From IMG/VR virus record IMGVR_UViG_3300028008_002028: a DNA stretch of 64,000 nt; one strand, 5' to 3'. Numbering within the stretch: position 1 is the first letter of the stretch; each line of letters begins with the position of its first letter. The translations under genes and the position numbers were made by a program. The DNA is from an uncultured virus (IMG/VR IMGVR_UViG_3300028008_002028) (taxonomy: Duplodnaviria; Heunggongvirae; Uroviricota; Caudoviricetes). This document shows, in pieces, positions 37,542-47,894 of the stretch. The notes under the pieces are model-generated. The model did not search any database. It saw only the letters and a list, made by a program, of their open reading frames with translations, and had not been told where the DNA came from.

Positions 37542-39440
37542 ATGAAAATAGCAGTAATTGGATGCGGCTTTGTTGGCGGCACTGTAGCAGACTTTCTTGA
37601 AGAACATACAGTCAAAGATGGTGTTGAAGTTATTAGATGCGACCCTTTTAAATATGAAGGTGGAATTGAATACAAAGACCTAAGAGAATTAGATGGTGCA
37701 ATATTTTGTTTGAACGCTGCAACAATGGACAGCAAAGAAGTAGATCTAGTGCCAACTATAGAAGCTATTACTGAGGTATTAAAACATAACCCTGATGTAG
37801 AAATTATGGTTAAAAGCACAATACCAATGTTTACCAAGTTAACAAAGTCTCCTGCAGATGGAAATGGTTGGAATGAGAGAATTGTATACAATCCAGAATT
37901 TTTAAGAGAAACAACTGCAAAAGAAGATTTTGCAAATCAGCAGTATTTTATTTTAGGTGTTGCCAAGCACTTAATAACATACGATATTCCTGCACAAGAT
38001 AATGTACATGCAAAGTTTTGGACAAACTTGTTTGCACCAAGTTTGCCTAACACAGAGTTTATCTATACTGATCGAGAAACAGCAGTAATGGTCAAGTATA
38101 CACATAATGCCTGGTTAGCAACAAAGGTAGCGTTCTTTCATGAACTATCTACTCAAATGCCTGGACTATCAGACTATAACGAAATGGTTAATATTCTTTC
38201 TAAATTTGAAAATATTGGACCAAGTCATATGAGTATACCAAATGCCGACGGTGGGCTAGGTTACGGTGGCGGATGTTTTCCTAAAGATATGAAAGCTATA
38301 AGTTTTTTATTACAGCATGCAATAGTAGATAGAGTAGTTGATCTAAATGAAGATTTAAAACTCCGAACTGGCGAAAATCTCGGCATAACTCAACGAGTAA
38401 CAATGGACGAGTATAAAAAAGAAATTCCAGACGAGCCGTATATATTGTTTATTGGGACAAGTCATACTTATGGTGAATGCGATGGCACAAAAATTGATTC
38501 ATATACAACTTATGTACAAGATGCATTAGATATAAAAGTAGTAACAATTGGATATTCAGGAGCAACTAATATGGAGCTTCTGCAAATTACAAATGAATTA
38601 AATGATATTGGAATGTTCGGTGATCAATGTAAACTAGTAATATTAGAACCACGTATTACTGAAAATTCATATTCGGTGTCACTTGATGAATTAATAGGCT
38701 ACAATCGTTTATGTCAATGGTTAGAAATAGTTGAAGATCCAACAGAGTGGAATTACAAGCATGCATCTAATCCAGATGACAGGGAAACCCAAATGCTTCA
38801 CGGCGAAAAATGGAGAGGTAGGCCACAGTTAAATAGAACATCAATAAATTCAAGAATAGCAGTTGGACAACCATGTTCATTTGGTCGTACATTAAATGAA
38901 ATGATTTCTAAAAATATTAATTTTAATAGAGCTATGGATAATAGAATATTTGAAGCAGATATTCTTAATCATTTTACCAATGGTGAAGAAAGATTGAATA
39001 ATAGTGATTTTATGAAGTATATTCTTAGCGAGATGCCTGATAATACAAGGAACGTACAAGAAGGTGCAAAATATGAGTTAGGATATAAAAACGGTAGTGT
39101 ATTAGCGATGCATAATGATTTAACATGTATTGAGGCTATAAGAAATACTATAAAAAATGCTGGTGTTCCATTTAGGTGGATGCTTGTAGATAATAGAATT
39201 ACAGAATTGCATCACCTACAATATGCAACAAATGGAATAACTGATATATTCAAAGACATGTTATTTACAACACCATTACAAGCATTAGTAACTGGCAACA
39301 GAAGGTCAGGGCATAATGAAATTCCCAAAGATATAATATGTGGATGTGGACATTTTAATGAAAAAGGTAACAAAAAAATAGCAGAAGAATTTATTACTCC
39401 TGCTGTTAAAAATGTATTAACTAAATTAAAGGAGTTGTAA
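37542..39440 (+). CDS. UDP-glucose/GDP-mannose dehydrogenase-like domain fused to SGNH-like domain
   Basis: [34 protein letters not shown]-half FIGTSHTYG...GATN...GHFNEKGN. Confidence 0.8.
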   Translation: MKIAVIGCGFVGGTVADFLEEHTVKDGVEVIRCDPFKYEGGIEYKDLRELDGAIFCLNAATMDSKEVDLVPTIEAITEVLKHNPDVEIMVKSTIPMFTKLTKSPADGNGWNERIVYNPEFLRETTAKEDFANQQYFILGVAKHLITYDIPAQDNVHAKFWTNLFAPSLPNTEFIYTDRETAVMVKYTHNAWLATKVAFFHELSTQMPGLSDYNEMVNILSKFENIGPSHMSIPNADGGLGYGGGCFPKDMKAISFLLQHAIVDRVVDLNEDLKLRTGENLGITQRVTMDEYKKEIPDEPYILFIGTSHTYGECDGTKIDSYTTYVQDALDIKVVTIGYSGATNMELLQITNELNDIGMFGDQCKLVILEPRITENSYSVSLDELIGYNRLCQWLEIVEDPTEWNYKHASNPDDRETQMLHGEKWRGRPQLNRTSINSRIAVGQPCSFGRTLNEMISKNINFNRAMDNRIFEADILNHFTNGEERLNNSDFMKYILSEMPDNTRNVQEGAKYELGYKNGSVLAMHNDLTCIEAIRNTIKNAGVPFRWMLVDNRITELHHLQYATNGITDIFKDMLFTTPLQALVTGNRRSGHNEIPKDIICGCGHFNEKGNKKIAEEFITPAVKNVLTKLKEL

Positions 39441-39799
39441 TGACATATGTTGTTAAAGACGATTGCATTAAGTGTAAGTACACTGATTGCGTGGCAGTTT
39501 GCCCTGTAGATTGTTTCTACGAAGGAGAGAACTTTTTAGTTATTAACCCAGAAGAATGTATTGATTGTGGTGTATGTGAACCAGAATGTCCAGCAGGCGC
39601 AATTGTACCAGATACAGAATTAGACCCAAATGATCCTATAGATTGGGTTGCAGTAAATCAGCAATATGCAGATATTTGGCCAGTAATAACAGAACAAATA
39701 GATCCATTACCTGATGCAGATAAATTCAATCCCAAAGAAGGATATGATGGACCTAACAAGTTCAGCGAGTTAAGTGAAGAGCCCGGAAACGGAAGTTAA
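39440..39799 (+). CDS. fdxA: 7Fe ferredoxin
   Basis: [21 protein letters not shown]...[12 protein letters not shown]. Confidence 0.93.
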   Translation: MTYVVKDDCIKCKYTDCVAVCPVDCFYEGENFLVINPEECIDCGVCEPECPAGAIVPDTELDPNDPIDWVAVNQQYADIWPVITEQIDPLPDADKFNPKEGYDGPNKFSELSEEPGNGS

Positions 39800-39820
39800 T
39801 AATACATAAGCAGGAGGCAT

Positions 39821-39955
39821 ATGTCAAAAACAGCAATACCATTTATAGCAAGTAAACGTGGTCAACCCCAAATGAAAAAGAACATGAGTCATGGTTCTTT
39901 TAGAGCTAAAAGAAAACCAAACAGTAAACGTGTTACTAATGGCTCATTGAAATAA
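39821..39955 (+). CDS. 44-aa basic peptide (below ORF track cutoff)
   Basis: SD CAGGAGG; MSKTAIPFIASKRGQPQMKKNMSHGSFRAKRKPNSKRVTNGSLK. Confidence 0.6.
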   Translation: MSKTAIPFIASKRGQPQMKKNMSHGSFRAKRKPNSKRVTNGSLK

Positions 39956-39968
39956 TTAGGAGAGCAAA

Positions 39969-40292
39969 ATGAGAACTAAAGAAGAAGTATTAACACAAGT
40001 AGAAGAAGTTATGGCAAAATACATTGCACCTAATGTAGCTGCACATGGCGGTCAAATTAACGTATTAAGTTTTGATGAAGATACTGGCTTTCTACATACA
40101 CAACTTAGTGGAAGTTGTAGTGGTTGTGCTAGTAGTACGGAAACTTTAAAACTTGGTGTAGAAAATACACTTATGCATTTTATCGAAGAAATCAAAGGTG
40201 TAACAAGTGAAGATGATCCGATGTTTAATGATCCATACTATGTAGCTGATCATGGAATGATGGACGACTTCCCTCCATTTGAGCAAGAATAA
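39969..40292 (+). CDS. NifU/NfuA C-terminal domain Fe-S scaffold
   Basis: IAPNVAAHGG...LSGSCSGCASSTETLKLGVE. Confidence 0.9.
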   Translation: MRTKEEVLTQVEEVMAKYIAPNVAAHGGQINVLSFDEDTGFLHTQLSGSCSGCASSTETLKLGVENTLMHFIEEIKGVTSEDDPMFNDPYYVADHGMMDDFPPFEQE

Positions 40293-40808
40293 ATGAACAT
40301 AAAAGATTACATAAGAACAGTTCCAGACTACCCAATTGAAGGTGTAAACTTTTATGATGTAAACAGTTTGTTTGCAAGTGATTTATGGACAAGCGAAGTA
40401 AAAGATATAGCAAAACGAATACAAGAAAGCATTGAGTATATGCCTACACATATTGTTGGTATTGAAAGCAGAGGCTTTGTATTAGGCGCAGCATTATCAC
40501 AAGAATTAAATATACCCTTTGTTATGGTAAGGAAGAAAGGTGCTAAATACCCTGGTAAGCTGCTAGAAGAAAGCTACGAACTTGAGTATGGGACCGACAC
40601 ACTTACACTACAAGAGGGTATATTAGGTCATACAAGCAGAGTTCTTATAGCTGACGATTTAGTTGCTACAGGCGGAAGTATGAACGCTAGTAAACGCTTA
40701 TGTGAGCAAACTGGTGCAATAGTATTAGGTGGAGTTACGATAGTTAACTTAAAATACCTAAACGGAGAAGAGATGGAACTCTTGTCCTCGGTGGAGATAG
40801 AACAATGA
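40293..40808 (+). CDS. apt: Adenine phosphoribosyltransferase
   Basis: PDYPIEGVNF, GIESRGF, VRKKG, YELEYG, ADDLVATGGS. Confidence 0.93.
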   Translation: MNIKDYIRTVPDYPIEGVNFYDVNSLFASDLWTSEVKDIAKRIQESIEYMPTHIVGIESRGFVLGAALSQELNIPFVMVRKKGAKYPGKLLEESYELEYGTDTLTLQEGILGHTSRVLIADDLVATGGSMNASKRLCEQTGAIVLGGVTIVNLKYLNGEEMELLSSVEIEQ

Positions 40809-41194
40809 TTGATATTAGTGAAAAAGCAAAAGAACATATGAAGGTTATTGCAGACACTGAACCAGGTAAAGTAGTATTTCTTGGTATCAAAGGTGGTGGA
40901 TGTGCGGGCTTCAGTTATGACTGGTCATTAAAAGATGAATCAGAGCTAGACGAATATTCAGATGAAATCATCGAATTAGACGATGGTTATAAACTTGCTA
41001 TTGATGGAACAAGTTTAATGTATCTATATGGTAGTCAAATTAATCTAAAGCAAGATTTGTTTGGAACTGTATTAGAAATATCATCACCATCAGCACAAAG
41101 CTCTTGTGGATGTGGCGAAAGCATTAACTTTGATATGGAAAAAGTTGAAGCAAATATGAGCCAAGTACAAGAATTAAAAATACCTACAAAATAA
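40805..41194 (+). CDS. iscA: IscA/SufA/HesB Fe-S carrier
   Basis: GGGCAGFSY and CGCGES motifs. Confidence 0.9.
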   Translation: MIDISEKAKEHMKVIADTEPGKVVFLGIKGGGCAGFSYDWSLKDESELDEYSDEIIELDDGYKLAIDGTSLMYLYGSQINLKQDLFGTVLEISSPSAQSSCGCGESINFDMEKVEANMSQVQELKIPTK

Positions 41195-41205
41195 AGGAAA
41201 ATAAA

Positions 41206-41628
41206 TTGACTAAAACAGTAGACCTAAAAGCATACCAAGAATTTGTAAGAGAAGTTACAAGCGGTGAATCATTATCAAGCATGCAGATGTATAATCGTAT
41301 TATTGATATTGAAACAACTGAAAGTCAAATGGGTGTAAACATGGCACTGCTAATGACTGGTGCTATTGGCATTAGTGCAGAAGGTGGCGAGTTTATGGAA
41401 ATTGTAAAGAAGTGTGTATTCCAAGGTAAGCCAATGGACAAAGATACACAATTTCACGCCAAACGTGAACTAGGTGATATTATGTGGTACTGGATGAATA
41501 GTTGTACTGCATTAGGAATTGATCCTAATGACGTAATTGCTGAAAATGTAAACAAACTAAAGAAACGTTATCCAGGTGGTGAGTTCGATGTTCACTACAG
41601 CGAAAACAGAAAAGACGGTGATTTATGA
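41206..41628 (+). CDS. mazG: MazG-like nucleotide pyrophosphohydrolase
   Basis: EGGEFMEIVKK...ELGDIMWY...NVNKLKKRYP. Confidence 0.88.
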   Translation: MTKTVDLKAYQEFVREVTSGESLSSMQMYNRIIDIETTESQMGVNMALLMTGAIGISAEGGEFMEIVKKCVFQGKPMDKDTQFHAKRELGDIMWYWMNSCTALGIDPNDVIAENVNKLKKRYPGGEFDVHYSENRKDGDL

Positions 41629-41798
41629 CAGACAAAGAATACTCAGAATATGGGTATAGAGGACTGGAAGAACTAAAAGCCAAAGACGCTGAAATCAAAA
41701 AACTCAAAGAAAAGATTTCAGAACTAAAGGTTAGACTGCAACAGCAAGAAAATCAAACCAACGTTTATATGGCAAAGGCAAACCTTCCTAACTACTAA
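41625..41798 (+). CDS. 57-aa coiled-coil peptide (below ORF track cutoff)
   Basis: ATGA overlap with mazG; MTDKEYSEYGYRGLEELKAKDAEIKKLKEKISELK... Confidence 0.55.
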   Translation: MTDKEYSEYGYRGLEELKAKDAEIKKLKEKISELKVRLQQQENQTNVYMAKANLPNY

Positions 41799-41799
41799 T

Positions 41800-42180
41800 A
41801 TGATCCAATACAAAGGCAAAGACTACACTGAATTAAACTTCAATGAATGCATTGAGTTTGAAAAAGAACTATTACAAAAAGTTCTTGCTGCCAGTCGTGC
41901 AGGCATGGGTGACGAACTTATACAACAACTAAACGTTTTTATAGATCTGCTACGAGATCAAAAAGCGGAATCTATTAGAAAAGAATTTACTAAAAAAGGT
42001 GATGAAAAAGAAGATGGCATTGTAATAGATTCAGCTCCACCTGAATTAGAAATTATCGAAAAAGACCCAGAACCAGAAAAGTTCCTAGCACAAAAGAAAC
42101 CAACAGATCATAAACCAATGATACAAAAACTAGAATTATCAAAAGAAGAAAAAGCCAAGATTGCAAGGATGTATAAATGA
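41800..42180 (+). CDS. Hypothetical protein
   Basis: ORF in coupled gene run. Confidence 0.6.
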   Translation: MIQYKGKDYTELNFNECIEFEKELLQKVLAASRAGMGDELIQQLNVFIDLLRDQKAESIRKEFTKKGDEKEDGIVIDSAPPELEIIEKDPEPEKFLAQKKPTDHKPMIQKLELSKEEKAKIARMYK

Positions 42181-42938
42181 AAGTATATGGATGCTGGTAT
42201 GAAGCAGGTGATAGTGGAACATGGCTAACGTGGTTTATTAATCAACACGAAGGTTTTCCTAAATTTGATTTAAAATTACATTACCAAGAACAAGGAAATG
42301 AGTTTGGCGATGTGCCATCTGATTATAGTTGTGATCCTGCAACTTGGCATTGTGATAAATTTGAGGATAGAGTAGGATTATCGTTTGCTAATCACTTAAC
42401 ATATGTTGCTAATGAAGGATATACAAACGAGGACTATTCAAAATTTTGCTATAAAATTTTACCTTGGCATAATCCAATACAAACAGGTCAACATGAATTT
42501 CCAACAAACGAAACACCAGAACAAGTATGTACTAGATTATTAAAAGATAGTAATACTGATTGTGTTATTATTCCACAAGTTGAAATAAGTTATAAGTTGT
42601 TTGCTTTCCGTCAAGCATTTATTAGACCTAGACATACAGTAGAGGCTTGTATGGAATCTTTCAAACTAAAAATAGACAAAGAATATAAAACTATTGCAGA
42701 CAAAGTAAATGAATTAGTACCTGTACATACAGTTGCTATAGATAGGTTACTTTTACGCAATGACGAAGAAGTATATAAAAATCTAATAGATGTATTGGAA
42801 GTTCCTCCTTTACCAAACTGGAAAGCACACACAAACCACTATTATGATACAATATTTCGACCATGGGAAAATGTAGATCCTAGCGAATTAAATAGTAGAA
42901 AAGTAACAAGCAAATACAAGTACACGGATCATTATTAA
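42177..42938 (+). CDS. Hypothetical protein, paralog of 42938 (sulfotransferase-like P-loop?)
   Basis: GDSGTWLTWFINQHEGFP. Confidence 0.6.
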   Translation: MKVYGCWYEAGDSGTWLTWFINQHEGFPKFDLKLHYQEQGNEFGDVPSDYSCDPATWHCDKFEDRVGLSFANHLTYVANEGYTNEDYSKFCYKILPWHNPIQTGQHEFPTNETPEQVCTRLLKDSNTDCVIIPQVEISYKLFAFRQAFIRPRHTVEACMESFKLKIDKEYKTIADKVNELVPVHTVAIDRLLLRNDEEVYKNLIDVLEVPPLPNWKAHTNHYYDTIFRPWENVDPSELNSRKVTSKYKYTDHY

Positions 42939-43615
42939 TGAAAGAAACGTTTTTAGTAATGTTCAGCAACGGCCTGAGCGGTACATGGCTAACATGGTTT
43001 ATTAATCAACATCAAGGCTTTCCAGATAGATTAGAGCTTGATCCTGCATACAGTGATCCTGAACACCCAGAACGTATAACCGATTATAGCACACAACCCA
43101 ACTGGTGGTATGATGATCGATTATGGAAAAACTTTATAATATACTGTGAACGTATGGATCATCCTAATGAACGTGAAAACGAACCAGATATAAGATGGGG
43201 TTCTGAGAAACTAGCGTTTAAAGTACAGCCATATCACGAGTTTTATGGACCTGATATGAATTTTGAACAAGCTAAAGTGGCATGTAAATTTGTTTTAGAT
43301 CAAAGCAAGTGTCAACAAGTAATAGTTCCTATATGCAACGAAGTGCTATACAATGAGATATACAATAGATTAGTTGCAATTCGTCCTAACATTACCGTTG
43401 ACAAAGACCCAAAAAAGTGGTATAATAGTGTATTGTATGATTATATACAACAAGAACTAAAAGTGCCTTTATTGTATTTAGATATTGGAAAAATACTAAC
43501 TGGACATAATAATACGTATTCAGAATTAATAAAAGCACTTGATGTTCCACAATTAGATAATTGGAAAGACTTAGCTAGTGAATGCCGAAAACAAATATAC
43601 GATAATTATAAATGA
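42938..43615 (+). CDS. Hypothetical protein, paralog of 42177
   Basis: GLSGTWLTWFINQHQGFP. Confidence 0.6.
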   Translation: MKETFLVMFSNGLSGTWLTWFINQHQGFPDRLELDPAYSDPEHPERITDYSTQPNWWYDDRLWKNFIIYCERMDHPNERENEPDIRWGSEKLAFKVQPYHEFYGPDMNFEQAKVACKFVLDQSKCQQVIVPICNEVLYNEIYNRLVAIRPNITVDKDPKKWYNSVLYDYIQQELKVPLLYLDIGKILTGHNNTYSELIKALDVPQLDNWKDLASECRKQIYDNYK

Positions 43616-44133
43616 AGTATAAACACATGAAAACAAATTATCACGGACAGAAGATAGTAAACGAATTAGACATAGTCAACGGCTGGCTAAGTGGTGGCAA
43701 AATTACTGACGTAATCATGGACGAAGTAGAGCCGATAAATATATATAATAACTGGTGTAATATGTATGATAACAATGATGTTATAAATGTACAACCAGAA
43801 TACAAAAAAGACGATTACATAGAAAAATGTATGAGTAATTGGGCAATGCCCGAACACTACAAAGAACTTGATATAGTTAGATTTATTAATAATAGAGAAT
43901 TAACATATCAAGAACGTGATAGGGTGCATTTAGAAATTGAAATGTATCGAGAGCGTGGCATGATTCCAGTGCTAAGATTTTTAGTATACTTAGTGGATTT
44001 GTGCAAAGAAAATAACATTGTATTAGGTGTTGGACGTGGATCAAGTGTAGCAAGTTATGTATTATATTTGCTAGGTGTTCACAGAGTCAACAGCATTAAA
44101 TATGATTTAGACATAAAGGAGTTTCTGAAATGA
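43612..44133 (+). CDS. Stand-alone fragment of DNA polymerase III alpha (DnaE)
   Basis: RVHLEI...GVGRGSSVASYVLYLLGVHRVNSIKYDL; ends before the catalytic PDxD motif. Confidence 0.8.
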   Translation: MKYKHMKTNYHGQKIVNELDIVNGWLSGGKITDVIMDEVEPINIYNNWCNMYDNNDVINVQPEYKKDDYIEKCMSNWAMPEHYKELDIVRFINNRELTYQERDRVHLEIEMYRERGMIPVLRFLVYLVDLCKENNIVLGVGRGSSVASYVLYLLGVHRVNSIKYDLDIKEFLK

Positions 44134-44519
44134 AAACAATAAAAACAGCAAAAGGTAAAATGCTAGATATGGGTGCGTTAGCAGCCCAGAACGAGGAAAC
44201 TCGTGCTATCAGTAATGTGCCTATAAATGCAAGAGGCGATATCATTGATAATCGTGGAAAAATTACAGTTCCACGTGAAACCATTTCTAAAGAATTTTAC
44301 AAGGACAATGTACCAGGTTCAGATGATAAAGAAATTGGGATTAAAGATGAAGTAGTACCAAAGGTCAAAGAAGATATTCCAGTAAGAGAAGAATCTGAGA
44401 TTGAGGTATCAAGGACAGAGCGTGAACGTGAAGATGGAAGTTCATATTATGAAGTAGAATACATGGACGGAAGTATGGAAGAAATTGAAATTATTAGTAA
44501 TCCAAAGGATACAAAATGA
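44130..44519 (+). CDS. Hypothetical protein
   Basis: GKMLDMGAL...NVPINARGD; SD AGGAG. Confidence 0.65.
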   Translation: MKTIKTAKGKMLDMGALAAQNEETRAISNVPINARGDIIDNRGKITVPRETISKEFYKDNVPGSDDKEIGIKDEVVPKVKEDIPVREESEIEVSRTEREREDGSSYYEVEYMDGSMEEIEIISNPKDTK

Positions 44520-44896
44520 CTAAAGTAAAAGCAATGCGTAATAAGATCCTGGCTGAAATGATTGATGATCCAGGCCAAGAAACAACTACAGCAGGTGGTA
44601 TTATTCTTCTAGAAAAAGATGGCACTGAAAATGCTGTTAGGCCACGCTGGTTTAAAGTTTACAGCTTAGGCGAAGATATTGATTGGTTAACAGAAGGCGC
44701 ATATGTGCTTGTTGATCATGGACGTTGGAGCAATGGCATGAAAATAGATGCAGATCTAAAAGTTTATTTACTCGACAATAAAGATTGTTTAATGGTTTCT
44801 GAAAAGAATCCAATGCTAGACAATAATATCCAAATCAAAGGTAAGGCTATTCCACAACGCCCATCGGATGATATGAGCCGCCATGCAATTGGCTAA
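44516..44896 (+). CDS. groES: GroES-like co-chaperonin
   Basis: ETTTAGGIIL mobile loop, small beta-barrel pattern. Confidence 0.75.
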   Translation: MTKVKAMRNKILAEMIDDPGQETTTAGGIILLEKDGTENAVRPRWFKVYSLGEDIDWLTEGAYVLVDHGRWSNGMKIDADLKVYLLDNKDCLMVSEKNPMLDNNIQIKGKAIPQRPSDDMSRHAIG

Positions 44897-44921
44897 TTTA
44901 ATTAAAAGGACAAAATCCAAC

Positions 44922-45557
44922 ATGAATAATAAATCAGTTTTACCTGAGCCAAAAGAATTGCCTACACCACCACCGCCTCCACCTATGCCTACTCCGCCAG
45001 TGCCACCTAAACAACCAGGTGACTATTTGCGTGAGAATGGTGTATTGCATATGGACAAAGAATTTAATCAAGAGAATTGTATGCCGTTGGTTAAGATGAT
45101 TATTGAATATAATTTGATGCCTACAGAAAAAGCACCAACTGTTATTCATTTGTATATTAACAGCCCTGGTGGACTTGTTGATAGTTGTATGCACTTGATT
45201 GATATTATTAAACAGTCACGCATTCCAGTTTATACATACGGAATGGGCTCAATTGCATCGTGTGGCGTTATGCTTATGATGGCAGGCGCAAAAGGACATA
45301 GATATCTCACACAAAATACCGCAGTTATGAGCCACGAGTTTAGTGGCGGCACACGTGGACAATATCACGATATGGTTGAAAGCCGTAAGCATATGGATTG
45401 GACCAATGAGAAATTAATGGAACACTATATTAAATGTACAGGTAAAAAAGAACCGTACATTCGTAAACATATGCTTGCACCAAAAACAGACCATTGGTTA
45501 ACTCCTGAAGAAGCAGTTAAGCATGGTATTGCAGATGAAGTTATAGAGTCTTACTAA
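44922..45557 (+). CDS. clpP: ClpP protease with Pro-rich N-terminus
   Basis: LYINSPGG, IASCG (Ser), MSHE (His), DHWLTPEEAVKHGIADEV. Confidence 0.9.
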   Translation: MNNKSVLPEPKELPTPPPPPPMPTPPVPPKQPGDYLRENGVLHMDKEFNQENCMPLVKMIIEYNLMPTEKAPTVIHLYINSPGGLVDSCMHLIDIIKQSRIPVYTYGMGSIASCGVMLMMAGAKGHRYLTQNTAVMSHEFSGGTRGQYHDMVESRKHMDWTNEKLMEHYIKCTGKKEPYIRKHMLAPKTDHWLTPEEAVKHGIADEVIESY

Positions 45558-45558
45558 T

Positions 45559-46935
45559 ATGGGCCAGTGGCGAAATCCTAATCTCGAAGAAATGAAACGA
45601 GAGCTCGATGAGATGGGTTTCAACGCTGAAACTTTTTGCACAGCTCCATATATCAATATTGACTTAGATCAAGATGGAGCAATATACACATGCTATCGAG
45701 GTAAAACTAATATTGGTGGCTGGAAGAAAGAAAGCCTAAAAGACAGTTTCAACGGTCCACAAATGAAAAAGATTCGCAAGGATCTTTACGAAGGTAGACA
45801 AAATCAAAACTGTCGTAGTTGCTGGGCTGCTGAAAAGAGAAACAGCAACAGCCCTAGAGTACACTTTTATTATGATTTCTTTGATAGATATTTTGAAGAT
45901 GATCCTGAAGGTGCTCAAAAGATTCTAGACAGAATTAAAGCAGACTATCTACAGGGTGAACCAAAAGAACTAAAACGTGGAGAGATACGTCCAAGTAGTT
46001 TATGTAATTTACGTTGTATGCATTGTGGTCCACACAGTAGCACCAAATGGGTAGAAACATTGTCCAAAGGCGACAATGCAAAAATCTACATGGAAAACGA
46101 AGGACTGATGGAAAACGGCAACGGTATTATTAACCATAATATTGTGGACACTGGGTTAACAAAGTTTTATAAAAACACACTAACAAGTGCTACAGACTAC
46201 GAAGATGATTTACTTGAAGTACTTGGTGCAATTCAACATTTAAGTTATACAGGTGGCGAGCCCTTGCTTTCACCGGAACACCCAGGACACTTGCAACACT
46301 TTATTGATGTTGGTAGAGCAAAAGAAATGGCACTGGAATACAATTCAAATCTCAATATTAAAAACATTGAAAAGTTTTTTCCATTATGGGAACAGTTCCG
46401 TCATTTACATATTAGAGCAAGCATTGATGCTAGTTTCAACACATACGAATATTTCCGCACACATGGAAAAATTGACTTAGTCAAAGAATGCCTTAAAAAA
46501 CTACAAGATTTTCGCATGACAAAGATGGCTGGTAAAAGACGTATGAAAATAAATGCCACAGTGACACACAATATCTTTAGTGCATTACGTTGGAGAGATC
46601 TTACAGAAGATTGGACATCACATGATTTGTCATTTCACGTAAGTTTAATTATCGATCATCCAATAAGTGTTATATACATGCCCAACGAACTACGTGATAA
46701 AGCAGTAGCAGAAATGCAATGGTGTTATGATAACATAGAGCAATTTACAGACGATGAAGATTACATTGAAGTTTACAAGCACCACACAGAGCAATGTATC
46801 AATTACACATCATCACAAGATAATCCAACTAATAAGTTTCCTGAACAAACTATAAAGTATATTGATTTTTGTGACAAGACAAGCGGTCAAAGTTATAAGG
46901 ATTATTTTCCTGAATTAGTAAAGTATATAGAATGA
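45559..46935 (+). CDS. Radical SAM protein with N-terminal SPASM/twitch-like region
   Basis: CNLRCMHC, GGEP, N-terminal FCTAPY...C...CRSC. Confidence 0.9.
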   Translation: MGQWRNPNLEEMKRELDEMGFNAETFCTAPYINIDLDQDGAIYTCYRGKTNIGGWKKESLKDSFNGPQMKKIRKDLYEGRQNQNCRSCWAAEKRNSNSPRVHFYYDFFDRYFEDDPEGAQKILDRIKADYLQGEPKELKRGEIRPSSLCNLRCMHCGPHSSTKWVETLSKGDNAKIYMENEGLMENGNGIINHNIVDTGLTKFYKNTLTSATDYEDDLLEVLGAIQHLSYTGGEPLLSPEHPGHLQHFIDVGRAKEMALEYNSNLNIKNIEKFFPLWEQFRHLHIRASIDASFNTYEYFRTHGKIDLVKECLKKLQDFRMTKMAGKRRMKINATVTHNIFSALRWRDLTEDWTSHDLSFHVSLIIDHPISVIYMPNELRDKAVAEMQWCYDNIEQFTDDEDYIEVYKHHTEQCINYTSSQDNPTNKFPEQTIKYIDFCDKTSGQSYKDYFPELVKYIE

Positions 46936-47480
46936 CACAACTGTTAGAACATATGCTGTCAAAGGTAGAAGAGTCAACAGTAATGACAGCTCCTTGGCCT
47001 CACATTAAGATTCCAAATTTCTTGCCTAATGCAGAATACCATCATTTGCTCGACGAGCATAATGCAGTAGATTGGGATGCATGTTGGGATCCAGAAAGCA
47101 GCTGGATGAGTTGCGACTTAGATGATGCATATTCAAGTAAAGAATTATTTAATGCATTGTGTAATAAGTTTGGTATTGATACAGTAGAGTATACAACTCC
47201 ACAAAAATACAAACTTGACACACCAGAACACGAATTACAAATTCCACACAGAGATAAAAATCTTTCAGCAATGACAATGCAAATATTTTTACAGCCAAGA
47301 TGCTATCCAGATGGTGGAACAGTGCTTATGTCAGGAAATAAATTAGACAGCATAGTGGAAGAATTACCACTAGAAGCTAATTATTGTAGTATATTTTTAA
47401 ATACACATTTCAGTTGGCATATGGTAAAACAACGTGGATATATTCGTAAAAGTATGGTACAAAGATGGACAAAAGTTTAG
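46932..47480 (+). CDS. 2OG-Fe(II) oxygenase
   Basis: PWPH..I.NFLP, PHRD, GGT, SWH, R. Confidence 0.75.
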   Translation: MTQLLEHMLSKVEESTVMTAPWPHIKIPNFLPNAEYHHLLDEHNAVDWDACWDPESSWMSCDLDDAYSSKELFNALCNKFGIDTVEYTTPQKYKLDTPEHELQIPHRDKNLSAMTMQIFLQPRCYPDGGTVLMSGNKLDSIVEELPLEANYCSIFLNTHFSWHMVKQRGYIRKSMVQRWTKV

Positions 47481-47854
47481 CACAAGAAATGCCCGTGCTT
47501 ATGCTGTCAAAGTGGGCTAATCCACATTACAGCCCAAACGACGATTTAGCACTAATGTCAGATATTATGGCCAACGGCATACAAGAGCCTATCGTACTAA
47601 GTGTTGGTGTTTGGAGTCGTAAAGTTAGACTGGACACTGGCAATCATAGAATATACCTAGCACCACGTTTAGGAATGACACACTTACCAGTTGTATGCAG
47701 AGTGTGGAACTACTGTGCTTTTAGTAATGGTAATGGCGATCATAGTTTTGACTGCCAACATATATCAGCTAAAAAAGAGTGGATAGAAGAAGAATACTAT
47801 GCTAAACCTAGCGAAGTATTAGATGTAATGACATTATTAACAAATTTACTATAA
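47465..47854 (+). CDS. ParB/Srx-like domain protein
   Basis: DIMANGIQEPI...LDTGNHRI...LPV. Confidence 0.7.
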   Translation: MDKSLAQEMPVLMLSKWANPHYSPNDDLALMSDIMANGIQEPIVLSVGVWSRKVRLDTGNHRIYLAPRLGMTHLPVVCRVWNYCAFSNGNGDHSFDCQHISAKKEWIEEEYYAKPSEVLDVMTLLTNLL

Positions 47855-47859
47855 AAGTA

Positions 47860-47888
47860 TTGACAACAACTATGGGTTATGTTAAAAT
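47860..47888 (+). promoter_or_regulatory. Sigma70-type promoter
   Basis: TTGACA-N17-TAAAAT, extended TG. Confidence 0.75.
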
Positions 47889-47894
47889 AATATA

